Shown here in pieces: positions 49,117-59,347 of a stretch of 64,000 nt of DNA; positions within the stretch are counted from its first letter, which is position 1, and the number at the start of each line of letters is the position of its first letter. Below the pieces are notes generated by a model. That model saw only the letters and a program-made list of their open reading frames with translations, was not told the DNA's origin and did no database searches. Source of the DNA: a virus (taxonomy: Duplodnaviria > Caudoviricetes); IMG/VR virus record IMGVR_UViG_3300035208_006730; one strand, given 5' to 3'. A program made the position numbers and the translations under genes.

Positions 49117-50568
49117 ATGACCTATTTTGCCGCTATTGGTGAACTTGAAAATGTGCGCGCAAAACTCCAAGAAATGATCGATGAATTTCAAGAAAAGAAA
49201 GCTAGGTCCCAGGAGTTTGCAGCAGCAGTCGTTGATGGTCTCCAAATTGCTGGAGAAGATCAATCGGAAGTTGCTCCATTCTATCGTTGTGGTACTGAAT
49301 CTCGTCTCTCTGGTCCAATTAGGACTGATGAAGAACTTCTTCGAGACGCAGAAAGGAATGCTAAACGCAACTTCAAGGTCAGCGAAGAAACTGAAGAAGA
49401 ATGGACTGCGAAACCTATTTGGATTGGGAAGAATGATCATGGCTATTCCATCTCGATAAATGAAAGTCTCTGGAGTAAAGTTCAAGACGGTATCTCCTGG
49501 AGGTTTTCTGGTGAAGATGGTTTTGGCCGCAGGAAAAATCAAACTGAACTTGGTGAAGAACTTCTTCGCAATGTTAAAGCAAAACTTGCTCTCACTCAAG
49601 CTGTTCGGAAAGAAAGCGGAGTGATTGTTAAAGACCAAGGGAAGCAGATCAAGAATAAAGATTTGATCTTCGTCTATTCCATTGGCCCTAAAGAACAATT
49701 AACTCTTCGTATCTCCAAAGCAGGACAGGTTCGGGAAATTCAAGCCTGGAGATACATTTCGAAGAAACCTTCGTTTCAAGAACGACTGTTCGATTCGACC
49801 GATCACTGGAAAACTGTGAAAGAATTGGATTTCTTCCGACGTAACTTCAAAAAAAGCACTTCTCGTTGGGAAGAAGTATTCGAAATCGCAGGGATGGAAT
49901 TTCCTCTTTCGGAAACTGCTCGAGAGAAAGATCTCCAAGGTAAATGGAGATTCGATTTCCTTCCTTCGTTTCCTATGGTCGTTGGTTGTCTTCGTAGCGA
50001 AAAACATCGTGAAGTCGTCGAAAAAATGTACGAAACATTTGATCAGATGGCAGATCGAATCAGGGACGAAGACGAGCAAAAAGTTGCGGTAACCTACATC
50101 GAACTTGATATTACCGACATCATCGAAATGCTTCCCAATGATGATGAGACTATCGAGTTCACTCCTATCCATCCTGAGAACGATTTGAATGACGTTCTTC
50201 ATGCTATTGAAGATGGAACCGATATCAGTTGTTCTCCTGTAGATGTCGATTGGGCCGCTAAAAAAGTGAATGAGATTATCGAAGAATGCGATCCAGATAA
50301 TACTGGAGTGATTTGCAAAGCTTCGAAATCACGAGAACATCGTTCGGTCAAAGAAACTCTTCGGTGGTTGTATGGTCATCGTCAACAGAACAAGATCGTC
50401 CCTGGTTTTGTTTCGAATCCAGCTCTTGGGTTTGAACAACGTTCATTTCTTTTGGCTCTGAAGAATCCTAGCTATCAGGCTGTTAAAGAAAAAGAATTTG
50501 AACGACAGTTCGACATTCAAGAGATGAGTATTACTGATATTGAACAATTCTTTCAAGTCATTGCTTAG
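49117..50568 (+). CDS. Hypothetical protein (483 aa) sharing a C-terminal domain with 31241..32191
   Basis: AGGAGG RBS; HRSVKETLRWLYGH motif. Confidence 0.8.
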   Translation: MTYFAAIGELENVRAKLQEMIDEFQEKKARSQEFAAAVVDGLQIAGEDQSEVAPFYRCGTESRLSGPIRTDEELLRDAERNAKRNFKVSEETEEEWTAKPIWIGKNDHGYSISINESLWSKVQDGISWRFSGEDGFGRRKNQTELGEELLRNVKAKLALTQAVRKESGVIVKDQGKQIKNKDLIFVYSIGPKEQLTLRISKAGQVREIQAWRYISKKPSFQERLFDSTDHWKTVKELDFFRRNFKKSTSRWEEVFEIAGMEFPLSETAREKDLQGKWRFDFLPSFPMVVGCLRSEKHREVVEKMYETFDQMADRIRDEDEQKVAVTYIELDITDIIEMLPNDDETIEFTPIHPENDLNDVLHAIEDGTDISCSPVDVDWAAKKVNEIIEECDPDNTGVICKASKSREHRSVKETLRWLYGHRQQNKIVPGFVSNPALGFEQRSFLLALKNPSYQAVKEKEFERQFDIQEMSITDIEQFFQVIA

Positions 50569-50653
50569 CTCGGGTGGTGTAATCCGGCAGACACAAGAGA
50601 CTCAAAATCTCTTGGCTTCGGCCGTACGAGTTCAAATCTCGTTCCGAGCACCA
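50568..50653 (+). tRNA. tRNA-Leu(CAA)
   Basis: GCTCGGG/TCCGAGC acceptor; AGAGA-CTCAAAA-TCTCT; long variable arm; ends A-CCA. Confidence 0.9.
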
Positions 50654-51519
50654 AATAGTTAACAATCCGTGATAACCGGCAAGGGAGGTGGAAAGCCTCC
50701 CATCAAAAGAGTAGAATTAAGTAGGAGGTCTCAATGAGTTATCTTTTTTCAACTCTTGAAGGAGAATCTTTCATTGCATTCAAGAAGGATAAAGAAATTC
50801 TTGTAGACCATGTCGGATATGGAAAAACCTACCGACTTCAAGATCTTCAGATTGATAAAGATCCAGAAAAAGACAAAGAGATTAGAGAAAGGATTCTCAA
50901 AGCATTTGGAGAACGACATGAGCCCACCGAATGAACTCTTTCTCTTTATTGAAGAAGATCTCGAAGAAATTGAAAGCCTACCAGAAGTTCCTGAAGTAAA
51001 TTTTGAAGTAAATTTTGTTATTGGAGAAGAAGATCCAGACTGATTCTCCAGAGGAGATCTGAATGATTCGTTTACTCCTTAGTGCTATGTCAGGAATACC
51101 TATTGAAGAATCTCGTCCAGTTCAAATTGAAAGTCAAATAGTTGATATGAATAATCTCCTGGAAGTATTAGAGATGTGGCAGCAGAAATTTGGAAGTTCG
51201 GCGCGTATCTCCAAAATTTCCAAACAACTTCAGGAAGTTCGAGATCAAACTGAACTTCAATGGATTGAGAATCAATGACAGACCATATCCGTCTCCACCT
51301 TGGCCGACATCCAGATGGTAATTTTTATTTTTCGGAATGGCCATGTTGCTGTTCAGACATGACTCTAGGTTCTACTCTCTTTTGTTCTACCTGTGTTAGA
51401 AAAAACGAAATAAAACAAGGTGAAAAAGAATTAATTAAGAAAAGACTTTCTTCATTGCTTAAAGAAAAAGAACTCATTGAGAAACAGGTTGGAAATCTTT
51501 TAAAACTAGGAGACCCAAC

Positions 51520-51867
51520 ATGATCAGCCAAGCAATTACTCTTTCAGTTTTGACGTTTGCTGGATTTTTCATTATCTATGGAAAACTTCCCCAGAAAATT
51601 CGTGATTTTCTCGAACAACATTCATTACTTGCAGATGCACTTGCAACGGGTGGAACCTATGTTCTTCTTGGAGGAACTCTCACCGCCTTGTTAGCTAGTG
51701 CAATGACAGGTCTTCTGGTTTCTACAGGATTGTATGTAAGTAATAATCCTGAGAAATTTGAATACCTGAGTGACCTGAAAGCTGCCTTTCAAGAAGGTCT
51801 TCAAAAGATCAATGAATATATCGCTGATCTTTCTCATCAATATCGAGAGTACAAGGAAGCAAAATAA
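51520..51867 (+). CDS. Membrane protein
   Basis: Three hydrophobic segments; AGGAG RBS. Confidence 0.65.
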   Translation: MISQAITLSVLTFAGFFIIYGKLPQKIRDFLEQHSLLADALATGGTYVLLGGTLTALLASAMTGLLVSTGLYVSNNPEKFEYLSDLKAAFQEGLQKINEYIADLSHQYREYKEAK

Positions 51868-52460
51868 TGGAATGGTATGAAGTTATTTCCTGTGTCGTTA
51901 TATCTCTAGCAGGTTTCTACTTCATTTATAAAATGAAGGAATGATAATGCTCTATGCAATATTAGGAGTTCTTTGTGCTATCTGGATTATAATTTTTGCT
52001 GTCCGACAAAAACAAAAAAGAGACGAAAGAAAACTATTAGAGAGAATAATAACGAACAGAATAATAAAGAATATCGCAGCACTAAACTTTGATTGGGAAT
52101 ATTCTTTCGATTATTTGTTAATAGAAATGGATCCAAAATGTTTTAAGGAGAAAAGAAATGATAACTAAAGAATATTTGCGCGCAAAATACCGAATCATGG
52201 CACGTCACATTGCTTCTAAAAAGATTCAACCAATGCTCATTCCTACTTTCGTTAGTACTCAAAAATGGTTTCTGCTTTCCCTAGGAGTAGATATCCAAAA
52301 TAATCGTATTGTCCGTAATGGAGCGATTGAACTCTTCGGTAAAGAGTATTGCGACAAAGCTTTCAACGAAGAACTAGTCCGAACTGGTGTCTACAAAGAA
52401 GACTCCAATGGATTTCAAGGAATTTCACTCAATACTAATATTTAAAAAAGGAAAATTAAA

Positions 52461-52814
52461 ATGAAAATCGAAGAAGTAAAAATTGATCAGCTAGTCCGAA
52501 TCAAAAAGCAAGAAAATCAAAAATATAGTCATATTTATAGAGTTCATTCCTTTGATGCCTCAATGGTTCGTATTGAACGTATAGAATCATCAAGTCTTCG
52601 AAAAGCATTGTGGAAACTTGATTATACTCCACCCTTTAATCAACTAACCCCAGAATTACCTACAGATAAAGGTCTAATGAACATAGCTGATAGGATAATG
52701 GAAGCGATTGACGCAGAATGTAAAAAATATCTTCCAGACTTCGATTGGGAAATGACTGCTTTCGAACAATATGAAGTTTCCCCAGAAGATCTGATCCTAA
52801 TGGAGTATCGATGA
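52461..52814 (+). CDS. Hypothetical protein
   Basis: Co-oriented ORF with RBS. Confidence 0.6.
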   Translation: MKIEEVKIDQLVRIKKQENQKYSHIYRVHSFDASMVRIERIESSSLRKALWKLDYTPPFNQLTPELPTDKGLMNIADRIMEAIDAECKKYLPDFDWEMTAFEQYEVSPEDLILMEYR

Positions 52815-53016
52815 ACTATTACGTAGAAACATTTCGACTTCCTTATCCTGCTAAAGGAGTTTCATTTCAAGTTCATTCTGAAAAACTTTGGAAAATAGAT
52901 GCCTGCAGTCCTGATCTGACATCTCTTTTCCTTGTTCGAGATGTTCCAAGTAGAAAATCTGCAATAGCTCTTTTGATCGAATGTTCAGGAAAAGCTTCTA
53001 ACGTGGAGAAAATAAT

Positions 53017-53385
53017 ATGATTACCATTATTGAACGTCCTGAAATGATCATCATTGAGTATCGTGGCAAGACTGTGACCGATCTAGAACAAAAGACTGTT
53101 CTTGAAGATGTTGCCCGATTAATAAAGAGGAATAATAAAGTTGTTTCTATCCTCTCAGATACTGGAGATACAGAACTTACAGGTATTCAAAGAAAAATGA
53201 GCGCTGAATGGTTCAAGGATGGTGGTATTATTCCATTAATCAAGTCATTTGCAGTTGTTATTCATTCAGCAATTCAACGAGGTCTTGTTACTGCGATTAT
53301 ATGGCTCGCGCCAAAACTTCCAATTCCAGTAAAAATATTTAATGATGTTGCTTCAGCCACAAAATGGATCAAGGAAAGAAAATGA
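53017..53385 (+). CDS. STAS/SEC14 (SpoIIAA-like) domain protein
   Basis: QRKMSAEW...AVVIHSAIQRGLVTAIIW...PVKIFNDVASATKWI. Confidence 0.7.
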   Translation: MITIIERPEMIIIEYRGKTVTDLEQKTVLEDVARLIKRNNKVVSILSDTGDTELTGIQRKMSAEWFKDGGIIPLIKSFAVVIHSAIQRGLVTAIIWLAPKLPIPVKIFNDVASATKWIKERK

Positions 53386-53818
53386 TTACTCAAAAAGAAC
53401 TAGATTTTCTGCTCAAGTACATTCGTGAAAAAGAATGTCAAATTCCTACTGAATTAATGACAGTTATTGACAAGATTCAGGTAGGAGATCTGAAAACCGA
53501 AGTGAAAATTACAAAAAGCTACAAAAGTCAGATTACTTTTGATCAACTTCTTCAAGCTTTTAACCTTCCAGAAAATGTTCAAATGTTTATCGCAGGACCG
53601 TTTCTTGTACAACCTTTTGTTCAGGGCGACACAATAAAATTACTCTGGACTGAAGAAGAACGAGAAACATAATAATCCAAATTAATTGCAAAGAAGAGTT
53701 CTGTGGTAGATGCAGACATTTGATATCTTCCCATCTTGCTCGTAGAGATTGGATAGGAAACTCCAGAACGACGATCACGCTGGTAAACAGCGAGAGAAAA
53801 ACGGAGCGAGGTTAACAG

Positions 53819-54403
53819 ATGATCCACACATCAACATCATGTCGCATCCTGACCGGAAAGGTGAATGCGGACCTCTGCTCTGCCTGCCGCAAGGTCGATC
53901 CGTGCCTATGGACCACGCGCCGCAGTTTTGGGGTTGCCGGTGGTCCAGATGAAATTGTGCTTACCGACGAGGGGAACGCCAAAGCTTTCTCGGTAGGCGC
54001 ACAGGTGCGTCGAGGCCAAGCATCGGAGGCGCTCGAAGCGCTTGCGGCTGCTGGTGGGCATGGACCGTTGTCTGTTCGAGACGATGGAGCCCGCTATCGG
54101 CCCACCGAACTAGGCAGATTCGATCAACTCGCTTGGGGACACTTGCGATCACTTGGGTACGTCGAATCTACCCCACCAGAGCCAGACAAAGGGATTGCCG
54201 ATGGCGTGCGTTTGACCGAGGCGGGTGGGCGCGCCGCTGAGAATGGCAAAAAGGAGCGGATTATGCTGCTAGAAAGATGCTCGGCAGCGGCCGATCTTCC
54301 GTTTGGGTTCACGTCACCGGATCAACTTATGGAGCCGTTCTGCGCTTGCGGGCGCGTGTTTTCCATGTGCGATGGGTCTAGGAAGGGATGCGTCAGAAAA
54401 TGA
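53819..54403 (+). CDS. Hypothetical protein in a GC-rich insert
   Basis: Longest ORF in the island; may be mosaic or degraded. Confidence 0.4.
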   Translation: MIHTSTSCRILTGKVNADLCSACRKVDPCLWTTRRSFGVAGGPDEIVLTDEGNAKAFSVGAQVRRGQASEALEALAAAGGHGPLSVRDDGARYRPTELGRFDQLAWGHLRSLGYVESTPPEPDKGIADGVRLTEAGGRAAENGKKERIMLLERCSAAADLPFGFTSPDQLMEPFCACGRVFSMCDGSRKGCVRK

Positions 54404-54622
54404 GCCCGTGGGTTAGAAAGGCCATGGACCGCAGGGCGGCACGCCGACGACGAGAAACGATGTTGTCCGAGTGCAATCGCCGATTTAAAAAATCTGAAAA
54501 AGGAAACAAGATGATTATTGGTGGAGGATTTTGGCTGTTAATTGGTATATTTGGAGTTATTTTCTATTCGCTTATTACTGCATTACCTATGGCTTGTACA
54601 GAGCAATTAAAGGAAATTGATC

Positions 54623-54934
54623 ATGGAAGAAACGGCCCAACAAAACTCTAGTCTTGCAGAAGATATCGATAATTTTATCGAAAATAATCAAGAAACCTTT
54701 CAAAAAATAAATCAATTCAATGAAGAATATCTACGAGGAGATATTGAAAGATGCATTTTTATTGGAATAATATTGACAGGAGCAGCAATTGGAACAGGAA
54801 TCGCAGTTATTAGTTCAAGTCCAGGTTGGATAGGAGCAATTGTAGGAAGTACAGTTAGTTCGGCAGTCTTTGGAACTTATAAACTTGTTCTTGATTCAGA
54901 AACTTCAAAGAATTATCTCAGGAGTAAAAAATGA
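54623..54934 (+). CDS. Glycine-zipper membrane protein
   Basis: GAAIGTGIA...GAIVG. Confidence 0.55.
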   Translation: MEETAQQNSSLAEDIDNFIENNQETFQKINQFNEEYLRGDIERCIFIGIILTGAAIGTGIAVISSSPGWIGAIVGSTVSSAVFGTYKLVLDSETSKNYLRSKK

Positions 54935-55449
54935 CAACCTTTATTATTACTTTTATTGCTGGAATTGGTTTTGTTTCTATTCTTAGTCTTGCCACTTATG
55001 GAATAATTCAAGTGGTTCTAGGAACATGAAAATCTCTTCAGATAATATTTTCGATGTTGTAGCAGCAGTCTATTGGTATCTGACTGACAATCATTTTGGG
55101 CAATGGTCTGATGAGTATCTAGCTCTCTGTTCAATGGAGTATTCTCCTGGAATGATGGAGAAGGGGCCGCCAACAGAAGAATCTCAAGAGATCTATCTGA
55201 ATCTAACCTCTAAAAAAGCCATTAAATTGGCCGCTAAAATCAAAAAATATCTTGACGAGGAGTACTAATGAAATCTCCAGTCTATCATCGAATTCTTGCT
55301 AAAGATCTAGTAGAAAAACTAGGTGTCAAGGATAGAAATCTTCGACTCATTCGTTTAAAGAGTCAGCGGGAGTATTGGGATACTTCAATCGAAGATGAGA
55401 TTGAATTTATGTTTATGGAGGAAGAAACAATAATTTCTAAAGATTAATT

Positions 55450-55477
55450 GTCATGTCTTAGACATGTGGATTGAAAC
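55450..55477 (+). CRISPR. Solitary type I-C repeat-like unit (variant stem)
   Basis: GT-CATGTC-TTA-GACATG-TGGATTGAAAC in a 43-nt intergenic gap. Confidence 0.65.
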
Positions 55478-55490
55478 ATGGAGGAAGAGA

Positions 55491-55736
55491 ATGAAGTCCC
55501 CCAAAAGTCTTGAAGAACTAGTAGTAAAGTACGAAACTCAAGTAACAGTTTTTCAGCGAGAACTTGCTCAACGGACAGAAGATCATCTCATTACTTTGAC
55601 TAAATATTCTGAACTTCTTCAGAAGTACACAGAGTTAGTCGAAGCAGTGAAGCATCTTGGAATGACAACCCCTGAAGACATCACAGTTAGAATAAAGAAT
55701 ATTCTGAGTGATGTTGGAGTATTAAAGGAGAATTAA
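55491..55736 (+). CDS. Coiled-coil hypothetical protein
   Basis: GGAGG RBS directly after the repeat-like unit. Confidence 0.65.
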   Translation: MKSPKSLEELVVKYETQVTVFQRELAQRTEDHLITLTKYSELLQKYTELVEAVKHLGMTTPEDITVRIKNILSDVGVLKEN

Positions 55737-56081
55737 ATGGGTTATTCAGATATCGATGCCTATACTTTTCAGGATGTCTCAGAAATAATGAAACAATTAT
55801 TGGCTCAAGGATTTACAACTCCTACTCAACCTGCGGTTCCAAGTCCACTTGGTCCCAATACTTGTTCTTGTCCATCTTGCAAAGGAACTTCAGGATGTGT
55901 GCCTCGAGAAGTAGTAACAATTCAAGTAAAGACTCTTGAGGGGAAAGAGATTAGTCTTGAAGAAGAAAGCGAAGTTAAGCTTTGGCATTCTTCGAAAAAA
56001 ATAAAAGCCCGCGACATCCTCCCAGGAGACAGACTCGAGATTGAAGGAAAAGAAACCCAAATAACAAAGGTGATCAAATGA
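55737..56081 (+). CDS. Hypothetical protein (Cys cluster, Hint-like C-terminal fragment)
   Basis: AAGGAG RBS; CSCPSC; KARDILPGDRL. Confidence 0.6.
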   Translation: MGYSDIDAYTFQDVSEIMKQLLAQGFTTPTQPAVPSPLGPNTCSCPSCKGTSGCVPREVVTIQVKTLEGKEISLEEESEVKLWHSSKKIKARDILPGDRLEIEGKETQITKVIK

Positions 56082-56293
56082 ATCCTATTACTCCAAAAGG
56101 AATTAATGAAATGAATCTTTATCAAAACATTAACCAGAATCTTGCTCCTACTGCAGATCATCTTCGCCTTCTCGCTGAGATGGAAAAAGAAGTAACCTCT
56201 AAGATTATCGACAAGTTTACTTTCGATCTTCCAGATAATGAATTGACAAGCGCTTTACCGAAAGAGAATGTATCGAAGAAGGGGAGTACACAC

Positions 56294-56953
56294 ATGACAA
56301 CTTTTAATTTCGGTTTTGGCCCAATACCCGCTCATCAACATCCAAATGGAGGTGGTTGGGTAGCGGATACCGCGAAAGTGGATCTAACTGCTTTTGTTGG
56401 GGAAAATTGTCAAGTATCCGGAAATGCTTGGGTATCCGGAAATGCTCAGGTATCCAAAAATGCTCAGGTATCCGGAAATGCTCAGGTATCCAAAAATGCT
56501 CAGGTATTCGGAAATGCTCGGGTATCCGGAGATGCTCAGGTATCCGGAAATGCTCAGGTATTCGGAAATGCTCAGGTATTCGAAAATGCTCAGGTATTTG
56601 GAAATGCTTGGGTATCCGAAAATGCTCGGGTATTTGGAAATGCTCGGGTATTTGGAAATGCTCAGGTATTCAAAAATGCTCAGGTATCCGGAAATGCTCA
56701 GGTCCTTGGTATTCTCCATTCTGGTAATTGGGAAAAGTCGCCAATTTTCATCCAAGGTACTCGAGATTCCATTTCCCAATGTGGACTCGATACCCTTCAC
56801 ATCGGATGTCAATGTCATTCGATAGAAGAATGGATTCGAGAAGGAACCAATATTGGGGAACAAAATGGATATTCAGAAGAAGAAATTGAAGAATATTTGA
56901 ACTATATTTTCGTTATAGAACTTCAAAGGAGAAAGAATGGCAACTTTAAATAA
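56294..56953 (+). CDS. Hexapeptide-repeat protein, copy 2 (in frame with upstream ORF from 56078)
   Basis: GGGGAG RBS before ATG 56294; 16 repeat units; flanks nearly identical to copy 1. Confidence 0.85.
   Translation: MTTFNFGFGPIPAHQHPNGGGWVADTAKVDLTAFVGENCQVSGNAWVSGNAQVSKNAQVSGNAQVSKNAQVFGNARVSGDAQVSGNAQVFGNAQVFENAQVFGNAWVSENARVFGNARVFGNAQVFKNAQVSGNAQVLGILHSGNWEKSPIFIQGTRDSISQCGLDTLHIGCQCHSIEEWIREGTNIGEQNGYSEEEIEEYLNYIFVIELQRRKNGNFK
56414..56704 (+). repeat. 18-nt tandem repeat (about 16 units)
   Basis: Same unit as 40579-40995. Confidence 0.95.
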
Positions 56954-57272
56954 GGCGATTTTAATTGGATTTCTTGGCTCAGATCCTGAAATTTCTTATC
57001 TTGATAGTGGAACTCCTGTTTGTAAATTTCAGCTTGCAACTTCTGAAAACGATAAACCAGAATGGCATCGAGTTGTTACCTTTGGACAATTAGCTGGACT
57101 TGTTATTAAACACGTATCAAAAGGAAATCAAGTCTATGTTGAAGGAAAAATACAAACACGACACTGGCTCGATCCTAATGGAAATAAACGTAATATCACA
57201 GAAATTGTTGCAGATGAAGTTCTTTTTCTTGGAGAACCAAAAAAGAATGAAGTCGAACGGAGCACTGAATGA
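56937..57272 (+). CDS. ssb: Single-stranded DNA-binding protein (second copy)
   Basis: LNKAILIGFLGSDPE...PEWHRVV..GNQVYVEGKIQTR. Confidence 0.9.
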   Translation: MATLNKAILIGFLGSDPEISYLDSGTPVCKFQLATSENDKPEWHRVVTFGQLAGLVIKHVSKGNQVYVEGKIQTRHWLDPNGNKRNITEIVADEVLFLGEPKKNEVERSTE

Positions 57273-57438
57273 ATATCTATCAAGTCGATTGGTACGGAAT
57301 AGATGATGATGGATCTCCTCTTGGAGGATCTATTACAATTGCAGCAAAAGATACTGATGAAGTTGGAGATCGCGTCAAAGAAATTCTGAAAGAAAGAGAT
57401 ACAAAATTGATTAATTTTTCAATAGAAAGGATTGAAGA

Positions 57439-57711
57439 ATGAAAATTTGCCCGAAAGCAAAAACTTGTACAATTGAACCCGATTGTTCTCATAAAATTCC
57501 TCATAAACACAATGATTATTGTGGATGTTCAGCAGGTTGTGTGACTTGTGTTGAAGCTCCAAAGCACAAGACATTGAAAAAAGCTTTAGCTGGACTAGAT
57601 AGGCTTTGTTCTGACTTCTGTGACGAATGGGGAAAAACTTGTCCAGATAAAATGCCAGATAATGATTGTGAAATTCCATTGCTTCGTCAAGAAATCGAAC
57701 AAAAGGTATGA
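57439..57711 (+). CDS. Cys-rich hypothetical protein
   Basis: Ten Cys in 90 aa. Confidence 0.55.
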   Translation: MKICPKAKTCTIEPDCSHKIPHKHNDYCGCSAGCVTCVEAPKHKTLKKALAGLDRLCSDFCDEWGKTCPDKMPDNDCEIPLLRQEIEQKV

Positions 57712-58900
57712 GAGATATTTTTGGAACAAGTCTTCTAGTTATTACTACTTTAGCTTTAGGCTTTTGGATAGGCTGGTCAATTCCTAAAGAAGATTGTTGC
57801 AAATTAGCTTTACATCAGTCAAAGTTATTAATGGACGTAGAGATTAAAGGATTAAGTCTTGAAAAAAGTATTAAAGAAGCTGTAAAAAATCTTGGTGTTG
57901 GAAGGAAATTCGATGCAAATACTGATTCTAGTCTTCCTCCTAAATAGTGGTGTATCTGCGGAAAAAAATTATCTCGGCCAATACCGCCATTATCAAAAAA
58001 TAGAACGTTCAGGAAAATCTCTTACCTTTATCTCAGGAGTACTACACATAGCTGCTCTTGGATTTACTCTTACTTATCTTCAAGATCGATCTAAAGCTCC
58101 AATGATTCTTTCAATAGGAATTAGTTCAGTTTTACTTCAAATAGGTATTTCAACTTGGATCTTTGGGAAAGTAAAGAAAGATAGACTGAAAAAACCCAAG
58201 AAACAAAGAATTTTTATTTGGATTGGAGATTGAAATGGAAACTCCTCCTGAATTCATTGACGCAAAAGTTACTTCTGAAGAGGCCAAAGTTATTATTGAA
58301 AAAGAAGGACGAGAGTTAGATTGCATAATTCAAACAAGATTTGAAAAAAGAAAATATCCACCATTGTATGATATTCAGCAAGTTATTTTCGAAGTCTTCA
58401 TAGATTGGGAAAAGCGTGGATTAATTAGGAGAAAGAATGTGGAATAGCCCTTACATTATTTTACGGAATACAATGCAAATGTGTCTAGATTTATCTTCCG
58501 AAACTAGTGATCAAGCTATTATAGATAAGATTGTTAAACTATTTGAAGAGAATAAGAAGATAAAGAAATTAAATAAAAAATTAAAGTCAGAGATAAAGAA
58601 ATTGAAATCTGACTACAAAATAGAGGAGTGGTAAATAGCAGGAAGTCTCAAATGACAACTTGGACGATAAAAATAGTAGGATCTAAGAAGTTTGAGATTC
58701 TTGCGATAAGTAATAATAACTGGGGAATATGTCACGTTCTTGCTCGAGGACTTACTAGAAAAAAAGCTGAAGAAATAGCAGAAATAGTCAAAATCACTTT
58801 CTTTCGTGGAATGCAGGCAATGAAAGATGAAATTCAATGGACTGAACTTCCTAAAGTTGAGGTGATTAATGAAATTAACAGTTGAACTAGAGGCTAGATC

Positions 58901-59347
58901 ATGAGAGACTCCTGGGAAAGTTATTGTTTTGATATCTGTAAAAAAGTTTCATCTAGATCTACCTGTCTTCGTAGACAAGTGGGAGCTATTATCGTTAGGG
59001 ACCGAGCAATTCTTTCAACAGGATACAATGGAGCACCATCTGGGATTGAACACTGTAAAGAGTGCCGCCGAAAAGATATTCCATCAGGAGAAAAGCTTGA
59101 TCTTTGTATGGCAGTCCATTCAGAACAAAACGCGATTATTCAGGCCGCTAAACATGGAGTTAATATTGACGGATCAGATCTATTCTGTACCTTACTTCCT
59201 TGTCCTACCTGCTTCAAGATGATTATTAATGCAGGTATCCAAAGAGTTTATTTTCAAACTCTCTATGGAGATGAGAAACAAATTAGAGAATTGTGGGAAC
59301 AGACCAAAATTGATATTCTTGAAGGCGGCAGGATATTGTGGACATAA
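58901..59347 (+). CDS. dCMP deaminase
   Basis: RSTCLRRQVGA, TGYNG, HSEQNA, PCPTC. Confidence 0.92.
   Translation: MRDSWESYCFDICKKVSSRSTCLRRQVGAIIVRDRAILSTGYNGAPSGIEHCKECRRKDIPSGEKLDLCMAVHSEQNAIIQAAKHGVNIDGSDLFCTLLPCPTCFKMIINAGIQRVYFQTLYGDEKQIRELWEQTKIDILEGGRILWT

Noticed and set aside
49114-50202. Long antisense ORFs (194 and 167 aa)
   Set aside because: Opposite a well-supported gene, with no RBS or motifs.
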